From an uncultured Thermoleophilia bacterium (lineage in GTDB: Bacteria > Actinomycetota > Thermoleophilia > UBA2241), in NCBI GenBank assembly GCA_963702475.1, contig CAVPCT010000001.1, positions 32,001-96,000 on the forward strand: a stretch of 64,000 nucleotides of DNA, read 5' to 3'. Under the pieces are notes generated by a model. That model saw only the letters and a list, made by a program, of their open reading frames with translations. It was not told where the DNA came from and did not search any database. Below, piece after piece: positions 15,219 through 24,533 of the stretch (its first letter is position 1; every line of letters begins with the position of its first letter). Position numbers and translations under genes: made by a program.

Positions 15219-17222
15219 ATGGACGCGAGCGACTTCAAGACATCGGCCTCGGGGCGCGTGGTCACCTGCCCGGAGGGCTACGCAGCCTTCGTACCGGCGC
15301 CGCTGCCTCCGCGGCTGGCGTTCACGCGCGAGCTGGCCGTCGCCCTCTCGCGCGCCGACGCCGCCCTCGGCGTGCTCTCCGGCCTCGGCGGCGAGCTGCC
15401 CGACCCGGCGGCGCTGGCGGCGCCGTTCCTCCGGCAGGAGGCGCTCTGCTCGTCGCGCATCGAGGGCGCGGACGTGAGCCTCACGGAGGTGCTGCTCGAT
15501 GAGATCGCCGCGGCGCCGCCGGGCTCCCGCGCCGACCAGCTCGCCGAGGTGCGCAACGCCCTGGCGACGCTCACCTACGGTGTCGAGGCCGTCGTGCGGT
15601 GGCCGCTGGACCTCGCGCTGGTCCGCAGCCTGCACGCTCGCCTGCTCCGCGGCGAACCCGCCACGGCGCGGGCGCCCGGTGAGTTCCGGACCACCCAGAA
15701 CTGGATCGGACCGCCCGGTGTGACGCCTGCGGAGGCCACGTACGTCCCGCCGCCGGTGCCGGAGATGCTCGGCCTGCTCGAGCAGCTCGAGGCCTTCGTG
15801 GCGGAGCGCGACCGGCTGCCCGACCTCGTGCAGTGTGCCATCGCCCACGCGCAGTTCGAATCCCTGCACCCGTTCGTCGGCGGCAACGGGCGCCTCGGCC
15901 GCATCCTCATCTTGCTGTTCCTCGTCGGGCGCGGCCGGCTCTCCCGGCCGCTGCTGTATCTCTCCGCGTACCTCGAGGCGCACCGCCGCGAGTACTACAC
16001 GCTGCTGCAGCGCGTGCGTACCCGCGGTGAGTGGCGGCCGTGGCTCCTCTTCTTCGCAGAGGGCGTGCGCGAGACGGCGGAGCACGCCCACGTGCAGGCG
16101 CGCGAGCTGCTGCGCCAGCGCGCCCTGTACCGCGGACAGGCGGAGGGCACTGGCCTGCGGCTGGTGGATGAGCTCTTCATCTCGCCGTTCGTGGCCGTGC
16201 GCGAGGTGCGGCGCACGCTGGCGGTGAGCGACGGGACCGCGCGCCGCGCCGTGCTCGACCTCGAGAGGCGCGGGCTCCTCGTGCCCCGGGAGGGCACGAC
16301 CCGCCCGCGCGTCTGGGTGGCACAGCCCATCCTCGACGCCGTCGAGGAGCCCATCGACGCCCTTGTGGGTGAAGCGGGTGAGGCTCCGGAGGGCGAGCCG
16401 CTCAAGTCGCTGCTCGGCTGGGACAGGCGCCCGCGGCGCCTGGCCGACCGCCTCATGACCGAGGCCATGGCCATGGTCGACGTGGCGCGCAGCGCCGGGG
16501 TGGACGTGCGGCTGGTCGGCGGCCTCGCGGTGCGCCGCCACTGCATCGACCTGCGGTTCGCGGACCGCGAGTACTCCGACGTCGACCTCGTCGGCCTCTC
16601 GTCCCAGGGCGAGGCGCTGCGCGAGGTCTTCGCCGGCCTCGGCTACGCCGAGAACCTCTACGTGAGCCAGGCCACCGGCGGGCGGCAGCTCCAGTTCGTC
16701 AAGAAGGAGGGCGTCCACGCCCGCCCTCTCGTCGACCACGTCGACGTCTTTCTCGACGTGATGCGCATGGATCACGACGTCGACGTCCGCGACCGCCTCA
16801 CGCTCGACGACTACGCCATCTCGCCCGTCGACACGCTCATCGCCAAGGCCCAGATCGGGACGATCAACCAGAAGGACGTGCACGACATCATCGCCCTGTG
16901 CAAGGATCTGCCGCTGCGCGAGACCGACGACGACCTCTCGATCTGCGTCCCGTACCTCGCCGAGACGTGCGCGTGGGACTGGGGCCTCTACACCGACCTC
17001 ACGGCCAACCTCAGGATCGTGCTCGACTGGCTGGACGATTTCGGCCTCACCGAACGGGAGAAGGCGCGCGTGTACGGCCGTGTCACCGCGGCCCTCGAGG
17101 CCATCGAGGACGAGGACAAGCCGCTCGGCTGGCGGCTGCGGGCGCGCGTCGGCAGGCGCGTGGCGTGGCGGCGCGAGGTGGAGTGTCAGGACGAGACTCC
17201 CGTCGTTACTCCGCTGGAGTAG
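15219..17222 (+). CDS. Fic-domain protein fused to a C-terminal nucleotidyltransferase-like domain (667 aa)
   Basis: AFVPAPLPP, inhibitory-type SSRIEG, PGEFRTTQNWIG, HPFVGGNGRLGR and a winged helix, then VGGLAV..REYSDVDL..HVDVFLD..KDVHD..DWGL in the same frame. Confidence 0.85.
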   Translation: MDASDFKTSASGRVVTCPEGYAAFVPAPLPPRLAFTRELAVALSRADAALGVLSGLGGELPDPAALAAPFLRQEALCSSRIEGADVSLTEVLLDEIAAAPPGSRADQLAEVRNALATLTYGVEAVVRWPLDLALVRSLHARLLRGEPATARAPGEFRTTQNWIGPPGVTPAEATYVPPPVPEMLGLLEQLEAFVAERDRLPDLVQCAIAHAQFESLHPFVGGNGRLGRILILLFLVGRGRLSRPLLYLSAYLEAHRREYYTLLQRVRTRGEWRPWLLFFAEGVRETAEHAHVQARELLRQRALYRGQAEGTGLRLVDELFISPFVAVREVRRTLAVSDGTARRAVLDLERRGLLVPREGTTRPRVWVAQPILDAVEEPIDALVGEAGEAPEGEPLKSLLGWDRRPRRLADRLMTEAMAMVDVARSAGVDVRLVGGLAVRRHCIDLRFADREYSDVDLVGLSSQGEALREVFAGLGYAENLYVSQATGGRQLQFVKKEGVHARPLVDHVDVFLDVMRMDHDVDVRDRLTLDDYAISPVDTLIAKAQIGTINQKDVHDIIALCKDLPLRETDDDLSICVPYLAETCAWDWGLYTDLTANLRIVLDWLDDFGLTEREKARVYGRVTAALEAIEDEDKPLGWRLRARVGRRVAWRREVECQDETPVVTPLE

Positions 17223-17277
17223 GGGGGCCGGCCGGGGTCGCGCCTGCCCCGTCGCGGGCCCCTCGCCGTTCGCGACC

Positions 17278-18279
17278 TCAGAGCGGCTTGACCGGTACGC
17301 AGATGTCCACCACGGACTTGTGCTCGGGGTGCTGCGCCGGGTCGTTCAGATACTGCTCGTAGCACACGCCGTCCGCCGGCTGGTAGCCGCTGTCGGGCAG
17401 CCAGCCGCAGAACACGGCGTCCCACGCCGCCGCGTAGTCGTCGTCCGTCAGCTCGAACCCGGCGACCGCCCAGGTCCCTCCGGGGATCACCATCGTGCCG
17501 ATCTCGCCGTCCACCTGCGTGTCGTCCGGAACGCTTACCCCGACGCTCACGCGCAACTTGTCGGGTTCCGTGAGCCCGGGGTCGTCGTGGTACACCGCCA
17601 CGACCCTGGACTGGGGTCCCAGGAGTCCGCGCGCTCCCGCCCACAGCATGATCTTGCCAAAGAGCCTTCCGAAGAGTTCGGCGTCGCCCGCGTACGGGCC
17701 GGTGTGCCGGACGTAAGCCAGCGTGAACGCCGGCATCTCCCTGACCTCCACCCGCGCCTCGATGTCGCCTTTGCCTGGGCCGCCTGCCTGCTCCTCGCGT
17801 GCGTGCTGCTCCGTCATCGTCACCCTCCACGTGGACCGTTGCCGTGCGGCTTCACTGTGGATCGGTGTGACCTGCCAGTCTTTGCGCAGCTTGCCGAGTG
17901 CTTGACGATCCTTGCGGTCTTGCGCGCCGGCCCGGCCCATCGTGCGCCGCCACTCGCTTGCGCTCACGCCGAAGGTCTCCTTGAAGGCGCGGGCGAAAGG
18001 AGCCGAGCCCGAGAACCCGCAGTCCAGGGCCACGGCCGTGATCGGCCTGCGTGGCGAGGCCACGAGCTGCCGGGCCGCCCGCTCCACGCGCAGTCTGCGC
18101 ACGTACTGTGCGGGCGTCTCGCCGACCATGGCGGCGAAGATGCGGTGGAAGTAGAACGGCGAGAAGGCCGCCACCCGGGCCAGTTCCTCCAGCGTCAACT
18201 GGTCGCCGAGGTGCTCGTCGACATGGTCCATCACCCGGTTGATGCGGGCGACGTACTCCGCGCGCGCCGGCCGCGGCAT
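17278..18279 (-). CDS. AraC family regulator with GyrI-like effector domain
   Basis: FSPFYFHRIF, VALDCGFS..FARAFK; C-terminal LAYVRHTGPY, YHDDP, WLPDSGYQP, YEQYLNDP. Confidence 0.93.
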   Translation of the reverse strand: MPRPARAEYVARINRVMDHVDEHLGDQLTLEELARVAAFSPFYFHRIFAAMVGETPAQYVRRLRVERAARQLVASPRRPITAVALDCGFSGSAPFARAFKETFGVSASEWRRTMGRAGAQDRKDRQALGKLRKDWQVTPIHSEAARQRSTWRVTMTEQHAREEQAGGPGKGDIEARVEVREMPAFTLAYVRHTGPYAGDAELFGRLFGKIMLWAGARGLLGPQSRVVAVYHDDPGLTEPDKLRVSVGVSVPDDTQVDGEIGTMVIPGGTWAVAGFELTDDDYAAAWDAVFCGWLPDSGYQPADGVCYEQYLNDPAQHPEHKSVVDICVPVKPL

Positions 18280-18303
18280 GAGTCCTCCCTTCGCGCCCAG
18301 TCG

Positions 18304-18855
18304 TTACTGGTACATGCGCTCCAGGAGGGCGTTCGCCAGCCGCGCGCCGAGATCGGCCGGGTCGTCCGGGTACACCGCAGGGTCCCAATCCACGCGGATC
18401 ACGGCGTCGCCCTTGCGCACGATGATGCCTGCGCGCCCGTCCGAGAACTTGACTATCGCGGCCTGGTCGCCGACGCCGCTCACCTCCTGGACGGAGCCGG
18501 CCTCTGCGTAGGAGAGCATGTCGTCGTAGCCGGCCTGCCCGCCGGCCACGTTCACGCCGAAGTAGATCTTCGAGCCGTCGACGCCCGAGGCGATGAAGCC
18601 GCCGGCCGGTTTGCCGTCCTGGGCCGCCGAGGACGCCTCGGGAAAGGCCTCCATGGTCTTGCCGGTGACGGCGCCGACGTCCGCCGGTGTGAGAGCGTCC
18701 TCGAGCGTCCAGCCGTCCGCAAGCGTGATGACCGCAGAGGACTCTGCGTCGGCCGCCGCCGCCGACGTGTCGCTGCTCTCCTCGGACGAGCCGCAGCCGA
18801 CGGCCGCTAGCGCTCCGACGATGACCACCACGCCAAGGACGATGACCCGTAGCAT
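18304..18855 (-). CDS. Lipoprotein of unknown function
   Basis: Hydrophobic signal ending LAAVGC, Ser/Ala linker, VSGVGDQA motif. Confidence 0.8.
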   Translation of the reverse strand: MLRVIVLGVVVIVGALAAVGCGSSEESSDTSAAAADAESSAVITLADGWTLEDALTPADVGAVTGKTMEAFPEASSAAQDGKPAGGFIASGVDGSKIYFGVNVAGGQAGYDDMLSYAEAGSVQEVSGVGDQAAIVKFSDGRAGIIVRKGDAVIRVDWDPAVYPDDPADLGARLANALLERMYQ

Positions 18856-19116
18856 GTGTGCCCCCCTCTGGTTCGACCCCGTTGACCGCCGTGCGGAGCC
18901 TACCACGGGGACAGCCCGTCGCCGGCGACACGGCATCTCGCCGCCGCGCCGCCACGCGACGCGCAACGCGCAACGGTGCTCTCCAGCGCTCTCCGCGGGC
19001 AAGGTCATGGTGTGCATCCATCGGCGGGGAGGCGGGACTGCTCCTCGTCTGTCGAGGGCGCCGGGACGGTGCCGGCACGAGCGTCCGCCGGCCACGCCGC
19101 GCCCAGAGGTGAGACG

Positions 19117-19461
19117 ATGAAGACCACGGTAGTGAAATGGCTCGCGCATCTCGCGAGTCTCGCCGGCGTAGCACTGCTCGTGCTCGCCGCCGGTGTCCAG
19201 ACGGCGTTTGCAGCCGTCCTCGAGGGGGCCGGCGGCTCGGTCGGCCCCGTGACCGCGGTGCCGGCGGCGGGCTCGTCGAGCGCGCTGTCGGTCACCGGGT
19301 GGATCGTCGTGGCCGCGATCGCCGCCGCTGCGGCGCTCGTTGGTGCCTGGGCGGTCCTCCGCGGCCGGCGGCGGCGTGCGCCGGCGGCCGCCGCGAGCGA
19401 CGTCCCGTCGCTCGACACCTTCTGCGCGTACAATCCGACGAGCGCGCTCTGCGGACCATGA
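19117..19461 (+). CDS. Small exported, membrane-anchored protein with C-terminal Cys pair
   Basis: RBS GAGGTG, signal peptide (..TAFA), TM helix, RGRRRR stop-transfer, FCAYNPTSALC. Confidence 0.65.
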   Translation: MKTTVVKWLAHLASLAGVALLVLAAGVQTAFAAVLEGAGGSVGPVTAVPAAGSSSALSVTGWIVVAAIAAAAALVGAWAVLRGRRRRAPAAAASDVPSLDTFCAYNPTSALCGP

Positions 19462-19482
19462 ACGCCGCTTGAGGCGTCATGA

Positions 19483-19519
19483 GCACGGGCGGCGGCGTGG
19501 TCCACACCGCCGCCCGTGC
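19483..19519 (+). terminator. Hairpin after the small protein gene
   Basis: GCACGGGCGGCGG / CCGCCGCCCGTGC 13-bp stem. Confidence 0.6.
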
Positions 19520-19615
19520 AGCAGCGCCCGACCGCGGCGGTGCGGTCGTGACGACCGCGGCCCCATGGTAGTGTCGGGGACCGGCGGAGACAGCGGCGGT
19601 GACGGAGCGTAGGTG

Positions 19616-20912
19616 ATGCGTACAGTGACTCCCGGCGACACCGGGTCGAAGCTCCCGGCCGGCCGGGGTGCCATTCTCGTCTTCACCATCGCCTGTGCCT
19701 TCCTCGCGCTGCACATCGTGGTGGACGGCTTTGTCGCTCCGCGGCCGGGGACCGGGCCGCTCGACCACCTCGTGCCGGTGCTCGTCCCGCTCGCCCTCCT
19801 GGCTGCGTCCGCGCTCGTGTTCCCGCGCCTGCGCCCGGGGTGGCGGGCCGCCCTGTCGCTGGTCCTCGGCGCGGTGACGCTCGTGGGAGGCGCGGTCACC
19901 CTGCAGAGCCTGCTCGGCGGCCTGAGCGGCAACGCCGTGACGGGCGTCCTGCTGGTGCCGGCGGGGCTCGTGCTGGTCGGCCTCGGGGTCTGGCTGCTCT
20001 GGACGGCCAGGCGCCGCGGCGGCCGCCGGCTTCTCCGCGGCGCGCTGCTGGTCGTGGCGGTGGTCCTCGGCGCCTACATCGTCGTGCTGCCGATCGCCAT
20101 GGCCATCGTGGCCACGCAGCGCCCGGCCAGGGCGGTGCCCGACATCGCCGCCGTCGACCTGGGCAGGCCGGCGCGGGCAGTCGCGGTGCACACCGCCGAC
20201 GGCCTCACGCTGCGCGGCTGGTACGTGCCCTCGCAGAACGGCGCAGCGGTGCTGACGTTCCCTCGCGAGTGGACGGCGGACCAGGCCCGCGTGCTCGTCG
20301 AGCACGGCTACGGTGTGCTGCTGCTCGACCCACGCGGGTACGGCGACAGCGAGGGCGACCCCAACGCCTACGGGTGGGGGTCGGTCGCGGACGTGCGCGC
20401 CGGCCTCGACTTCCTGGAGCGGCAGCCCGACGTGCACGAAGGTCGCCTCGGCGGGCTGGGCCTCTCTGTTGGCGGCGAGCAGCTCATCGAGGCCGCCGCC
20501 GCCGACCCGCGCCTCAAAGCGGTCGTGTCCGAGGGCGCGGGCGAGCGCTCGGTGCGCGAGGCGCTCGTGCGCGGCGTGCGGGGATGGCCGGCGCTCCCGA
20601 GCATGGCCGTCCAGACCGCCGCCGTGGCGGTGCTCAGCGGGCACGCGCCACCGCCGTCGCTGCGCGACCTGGTGGCGCGCATCGCGCCGCGCCCGGTCTT
20701 CCTCATCCACGCGGAGAACGGCGGCGGCGGCGAGGAGCTCACCCCCGAGTACTACGCCGCCGCAGGTCAGCCCAAACAGCTCTGGAGGGTGCGCGGCGCA
20801 GGGCACACCGGCGGGCTCGCCGCGCAGCCGGACGAGTACCGTGACCGCGTCCTTCGGGTTCTTCGACGAGGCCCTGCTCGGCGAGCCGGCCTCCCAGCAG
20901 GCGGGGGAGTGA
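19616..20912 (+). CDS. Membrane-anchored alpha/beta hydrolase with an apparent 1-nt insertion near 20853
   Basis: About five TMs, GWYVPSQNGA, DPRGYGDSEG, nucleophile GLSVGG, AGHTGG. The natural-looking end (GFFDEALL..stop 20912) is in another frame. Confidence 0.75.
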
Positions 20913-21368
20913 GCGCGAAGCCGAGGCGGCGGGACGTGCGCTCTCCGGTGGGCGTCGTCGAGAAGACCCGGCTGACCGTCAACGGCACGCAGCAGGGCAT
21001 GCTCGTGGCCGGAGGGGACGCGCGCAAGCCGGTGCTCCTGGAGGACGCGGGAGTACAGGTTGCGCGAGAGGGCCGACATGTGGCGCGGCAAGGCGCGCTC
21101 TCGTCGCCTGCTCTGGAACAGCTTCCTCACTACCGACCTGACGGCCCGGGTCACGGAGCTCGACCTGCCGGTGTACATCTGCCAGGGCAGGTACGATCTC
21201 ACCGCCTCCTACAGCGAGGCGAGGTCCTACTTCCAGAAGATCGCGGCGCCGGTCAAGGGCTTCTACACGTTCGCGGGGTCGGCCCACAGCCCCCTGTTCG
21301 AGGAGCCGCAGAAGATGCGCCGCATCCTGGCGGAGGACGTGCTCGCGGGCGCCGTGGCGCTGGCCGAC
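20909..21368 (+). pseudogene. Alpha/beta hydrolase (proline-iminopeptidase-like) with large internal deletion
   Basis: N-terminal EKTRLTVNGTQQGMLV..KPVLL joined out of frame at 21035-21040 to C-terminal EYRLRERADMWRGK..LPVYICQGRYD..SAHSPLFEEP. The HGGPG and GxSxG region is absent. Confidence 0.75.
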
Positions 21369-21446
21369 CGCCGAACCGGAGGGGCGGACATCGTCGCACG
21401 TAGGCCCGGGTTCCAGGAGCGGCGGACCGCGCGAAAGGAGCGCAAG

Positions 21447-22283
21447 ATGACGGGGACCGGCAAGGACTGGAACGCGGAGTGGATGCGACTGAGCGACGAG
21501 CGCGAGACGCCGCACGACGCCGCGTTCTGGGACCGCCGCGCCGCGGACTTCCGCGGCGGGGACGAGTCCTCGCCGTACGTCGCCGGCTTCATCGCGCGCA
21601 TGCGCCTGCTGCCCGGCGAGAGCGTGCTCGATGCCGGCAGCGGCTCCGGCACGCTCGCGCTGCCGCTGGCGCGCGCCGGCCACCCCGTCTGCGCCCTCGA
21701 CTTCTCGCAGGGCATGCTGGCCGTGCTGCGCGAGCGGGCCGCGGCGGAGGGCCTGAGCGGCGTGTGCACGGTGCTGGCGAGCTGGGACGACGACTGGTCC
21801 GCCTGCGGCGTCGCGCCGGCGGACGTGGTGGTCGCGTCGCGCTCCCTGGACGTGCGCGACCTGCGCGCCGCGTTCGCCAAGCTCGACGCCCTCGCGCGCC
21901 GCCGCGTGTGCGTGACGGTCCCGGCGGACGGACTGCTGTACCCGGGACTGCTGGCGCACGCGGCGGTCGGACGCCCGTACCGCAGGCGGGGCGACGGCAC
22001 TCTCGCGGCGCGCGTGCTGGCGGACATGGGGATCCGCGCCGAGGTCGACTGCCTCGCGCACGCCAGCGTGAGTCACTTCGAGAGCCCCGAGGCCGCGCTG
22101 GAGTCCCTGCGCCGCGTGATCGCCCCGCTCGAGGGGGAGGAGGAGCGGGCGCTCGAGCGCTACGTCGCCGGGCAGCTCGTGCAGACGATCGCGGGCGACG
22201 GCCGGCGTGTGTGGACGCTGGAGCCGGCCATCGCCGTGCGCTGGGCCTTCCTCTCGTGGGACAAGGGCGGCAGATCCGGTTGA
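21447..22283 (+). CDS. Class I SAM-dependent methyltransferase
   Basis: RBS AAGGAG; FWDRRAADF, VLDAGSGSG, LDFSQGML, DVVVASRS. Confidence 0.9.
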   Translation: MTGTGKDWNAEWMRLSDERETPHDAAFWDRRAADFRGGDESSPYVAGFIARMRLLPGESVLDAGSGSGTLALPLARAGHPVCALDFSQGMLAVLRERAAAEGLSGVCTVLASWDDDWSACGVAPADVVVASRSLDVRDLRAAFAKLDALARRRVCVTVPADGLLYPGLLAHAAVGRPYRRRGDGTLAARVLADMGIRAEVDCLAHASVSHFESPEAALESLRRVIAPLEGEEERALERYVAGQLVQTIAGDGRRVWTLEPAIAVRWAFLSWDKGGRSG

Positions 22284-22307
22284 CACTGTCCGGCGCCCAT
22301 GGACAAT
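22280..22307 (+). promoter_or_regulatory. Sigma70-type promoter of acyl-adenylating enzyme 1
   Basis: TTGACA-N16-GACAAT; same layout at 53571-53598. Confidence 0.65.
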
Positions 22308-22350
22308 GACCGCAGGCTGGAGAGCAGCGCCTGATGGCCGAAGGGGGCGC

Positions 22351-24312
22351 GTGACGGGCACATCGCCGGGAGTCGAGACCGTGACGGCGGGCGCGACCCT
22401 GCCGCGGCTCTTCGCGGGCTGGGTCGCGGAGTACCGCGACGAGCTCGCCCTCAGTGCCCGCGCCGGCGGGGCGTTCAGCGCCATCACGTACGAGGAGCTC
22501 GACCGGCGCGCGAGCCTGCTGGCGCTGGCGCTCGCGCGCACCCTCGGCGTGCGTCACGGAGAGCTCGTCGCCCTCGTCTGCGACAACCGGCCGGAGTGGA
22601 TGGTCTGCAGCCTGGCGATCCACTTTCTCGGCGCCGCGGACGTGCCGCGGGCCGCAGACACGCCGCACGACATCCTTGAGGCGATCCTGCGGCACGCCGA
22701 GCCGGCGGTGGTGATCGTGGAGCGCGCCGGGCTGCTTCCGCTGGTGCGTGAGGCGCTGCCCGGCCTGCGCGCGGCGGTCGTCATCGAGCCGCCGCGGAAC
22801 GGCGGCGGGCCGGCGGCCGCGGGCGCCGCCGCCGGCGCGCAAGCGGACGGCGTGTGCGACGTGTACCGGCTGGACGAGCTCCTGGCGCTCGGCGAGGAGG
22901 CCTGGCCACAGGCCGGCGCAGACGTCGCGCGCCGCCGTGAGGCGGTCGCCCCCGACGATCTCGCGACCATCATCTACACGTCGGGCACCACCGGCGCGCC
23001 CAAGGGCGTGGCTCTGACGCACGGCAACTACGAGCTCAACCTGCGGGAGCTGCCGCGTCTGCTCAAGGTCGAGCGCGTGCCGGTGCTCAGCGTCCTGCAG
23101 CCCTGGCACGCCTACGAGCGTCAGATGCAGCTCATGTACTTGAGCAAGGGATGCTGCATCCACTACAGCACCGTCCTGCACCTGCGCGGCGACCTGCCGG
23201 AGGTGCGGCCCGTCGTCATGGCCACGGTGCCGGAGCTCTGGGTGAAGCTGTACAAGGGGGTCATGCTGCGCATCGACGGCCAGAAGCCGGCCCGGCGCAG
23301 TCTGGTGCGCTGGCTGGTGGCGCGCGCTCTGACGTCGGCGCGCGCGCGACGCGTGCTCGACGGCCGCGAGCCGGAGCTGCGCCCGCGCGGCCCTGTGCGT
23401 CGTGCCGCCTCGCGAGTGTGGGCGCGCACCGTGGCCGCCGTCCTCGCGCCGTTCCACGCCCTGGCCGACCGCCTCGTCTTCCGCGAGGTGCGCGCAGGGC
23501 TGGGAGGGCGGCTGCGCTTTCCCTGTGTCGGCGGCGGCCCCCTGCCCGATGCCGTGGACGAGTTCTTCGACGCCGCCGGCCTGCCGCTGCTCGAGGGCTA
23601 CGGGATGACCGAGGCCATCGTGGTGATGGCCATGCGCGACCCGTTCCGGCGCCGGCTGCGCACGGCCGGCCACATCATCGGGGGGATGGAGTATCGCCTG
23701 ACGAACGAGGCCGGGCGGCCGTGCGGGCCCGGCGACGTGGGCCGCCTGCGGGTGCGGGGGCCCAACATCATGCGCGGCTACCACAAGGATCCGGAGCTCA
23801 CCTCCCGCGTGATCGACGACGAGGGCTGGCTCGACACCCACGACCTCGCGCTCGTCCACGCCGACGGCAGCCTGCGCGTGCTCGGCCGCCTGGACGACAC
23901 CCTGGTCCTCACCAACGGCGAGAACGTCAACGCGCCGTACCTGGAGAACGAGCTCTGCGCCAGCGAGTGGATCGACAGGGCCGTGGTGGTGGGTGAGGGA
24001 CGGCCCTACGTGGCCGCCTTCGTAGTGCCCAGCCGGTCCCATCTGGAGAACCTGGCGCGCAGTCTGGGGCTCCCGGTGGACCAGCCGGCAGCGCTGATCG
24101 CCGACGACCGCATCGTCAAGCACTACCGTCACCTCGCGAGCATGATCAGCGGCGACCTGCGCCGCTTCGCGCCGTACGAGCGCGTGCACAGGGTGCGCCT
24201 GTGGCTGGAGGAGTTCCGCATCGGCCGCGAGCTCTCGCAGACGCTCAAGTTGCGGCGGCAGGAGTTCCTGCGCCGCTACTCCTGCGAGATCGACGAGCTG
24301 TACGCGCCCTGA
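22351..24312 (+). CDS. Long-chain fatty acid--CoA ligase-like AMP-binding enzyme, paralog 1
   Basis: IIYTSGTTGAPKG, WHAYER, EGYGMTE, GPNIMRGY, GRLDD, TLKLRR. Confidence 0.92.
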   Translation: MTGTSPGVETVTAGATLPRLFAGWVAEYRDELALSARAGGAFSAITYEELDRRASLLALALARTLGVRHGELVALVCDNRPEWMVCSLAIHFLGAADVPRAADTPHDILEAILRHAEPAVVIVERAGLLPLVREALPGLRAAVVIEPPRNGGGPAAAGAAAGAQADGVCDVYRLDELLALGEEAWPQAGADVARRREAVAPDDLATIIYTSGTTGAPKGVALTHGNYELNLRELPRLLKVERVPVLSVLQPWHAYERQMQLMYLSKGCCIHYSTVLHLRGDLPEVRPVVMATVPELWVKLYKGVMLRIDGQKPARRSLVRWLVARALTSARARRVLDGREPELRPRGPVRRAASRVWARTVAAVLAPFHALADRLVFREVRAGLGGRLRFPCVGGGPLPDAVDEFFDAAGLPLLEGYGMTEAIVVMAMRDPFRRRLRTAGHIIGGMEYRLTNEAGRPCGPGDVGRLRVRGPNIMRGYHKDPELTSRVIDDEGWLDTHDLALVHADGSLRVLGRLDDTLVLTNGENVNAPYLENELCASEWIDRAVVVGEGRPYVAAFVVPSRSHLENLARSLGLPVDQPAALIADDRIVKHYRHLASMISGDLRRFAPYERVHRVRLWLEEFRIGRELSQTLKLRRQEFLRRYSCEIDELYAP

Positions 24313-24533
24313 CGGCCGGCGCCGGCACGCCCGCGGCGGAGGCCGGCGCACGCCCCGCACGCCGGCCCGGCCCGCGCCAGGCGGTTTGCCGCCGTCCGGC
24401 CACCGCGCTACTCTCATTCGAAGCAGTCACCCCAGCCCGGCCGCCGGGCGTGCAGTACACGGCGTGTCCCTTCCCGCGACCGCGGTCCCCCAGGGCCGCG
24501 GAACCCACAGCCCCCGAGCAGCGCGAGGAGCAG

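Noticed and set aside
20840-20860. Programmed ribosomal frameshift (also considered at ~29440)
   Set aside because: There is no slippery heptamer or obvious stimulatory structure. Both sites are in decaying loci, so mutation or sequencing error is more likely.
21060-22283. Apparent hydrolase-methyltransferase fusion ORF
   Set aside because: The methyltransferase has its own RBS (AAGGAG) and ATG at 21447. The upstream part is the tail of a deleted hydrolase with no proper start.
21589-24417. Very long antisense or alternative-frame ORFs (e.g. 21589-24417, 55873-59280, 31420-33372, 27481-29355)
   Set aside because: These are shadows of real genes caused by high GC3 and few stop codons. Their translations are Arg/Gly/Pro-rich with no motifs or RBS.
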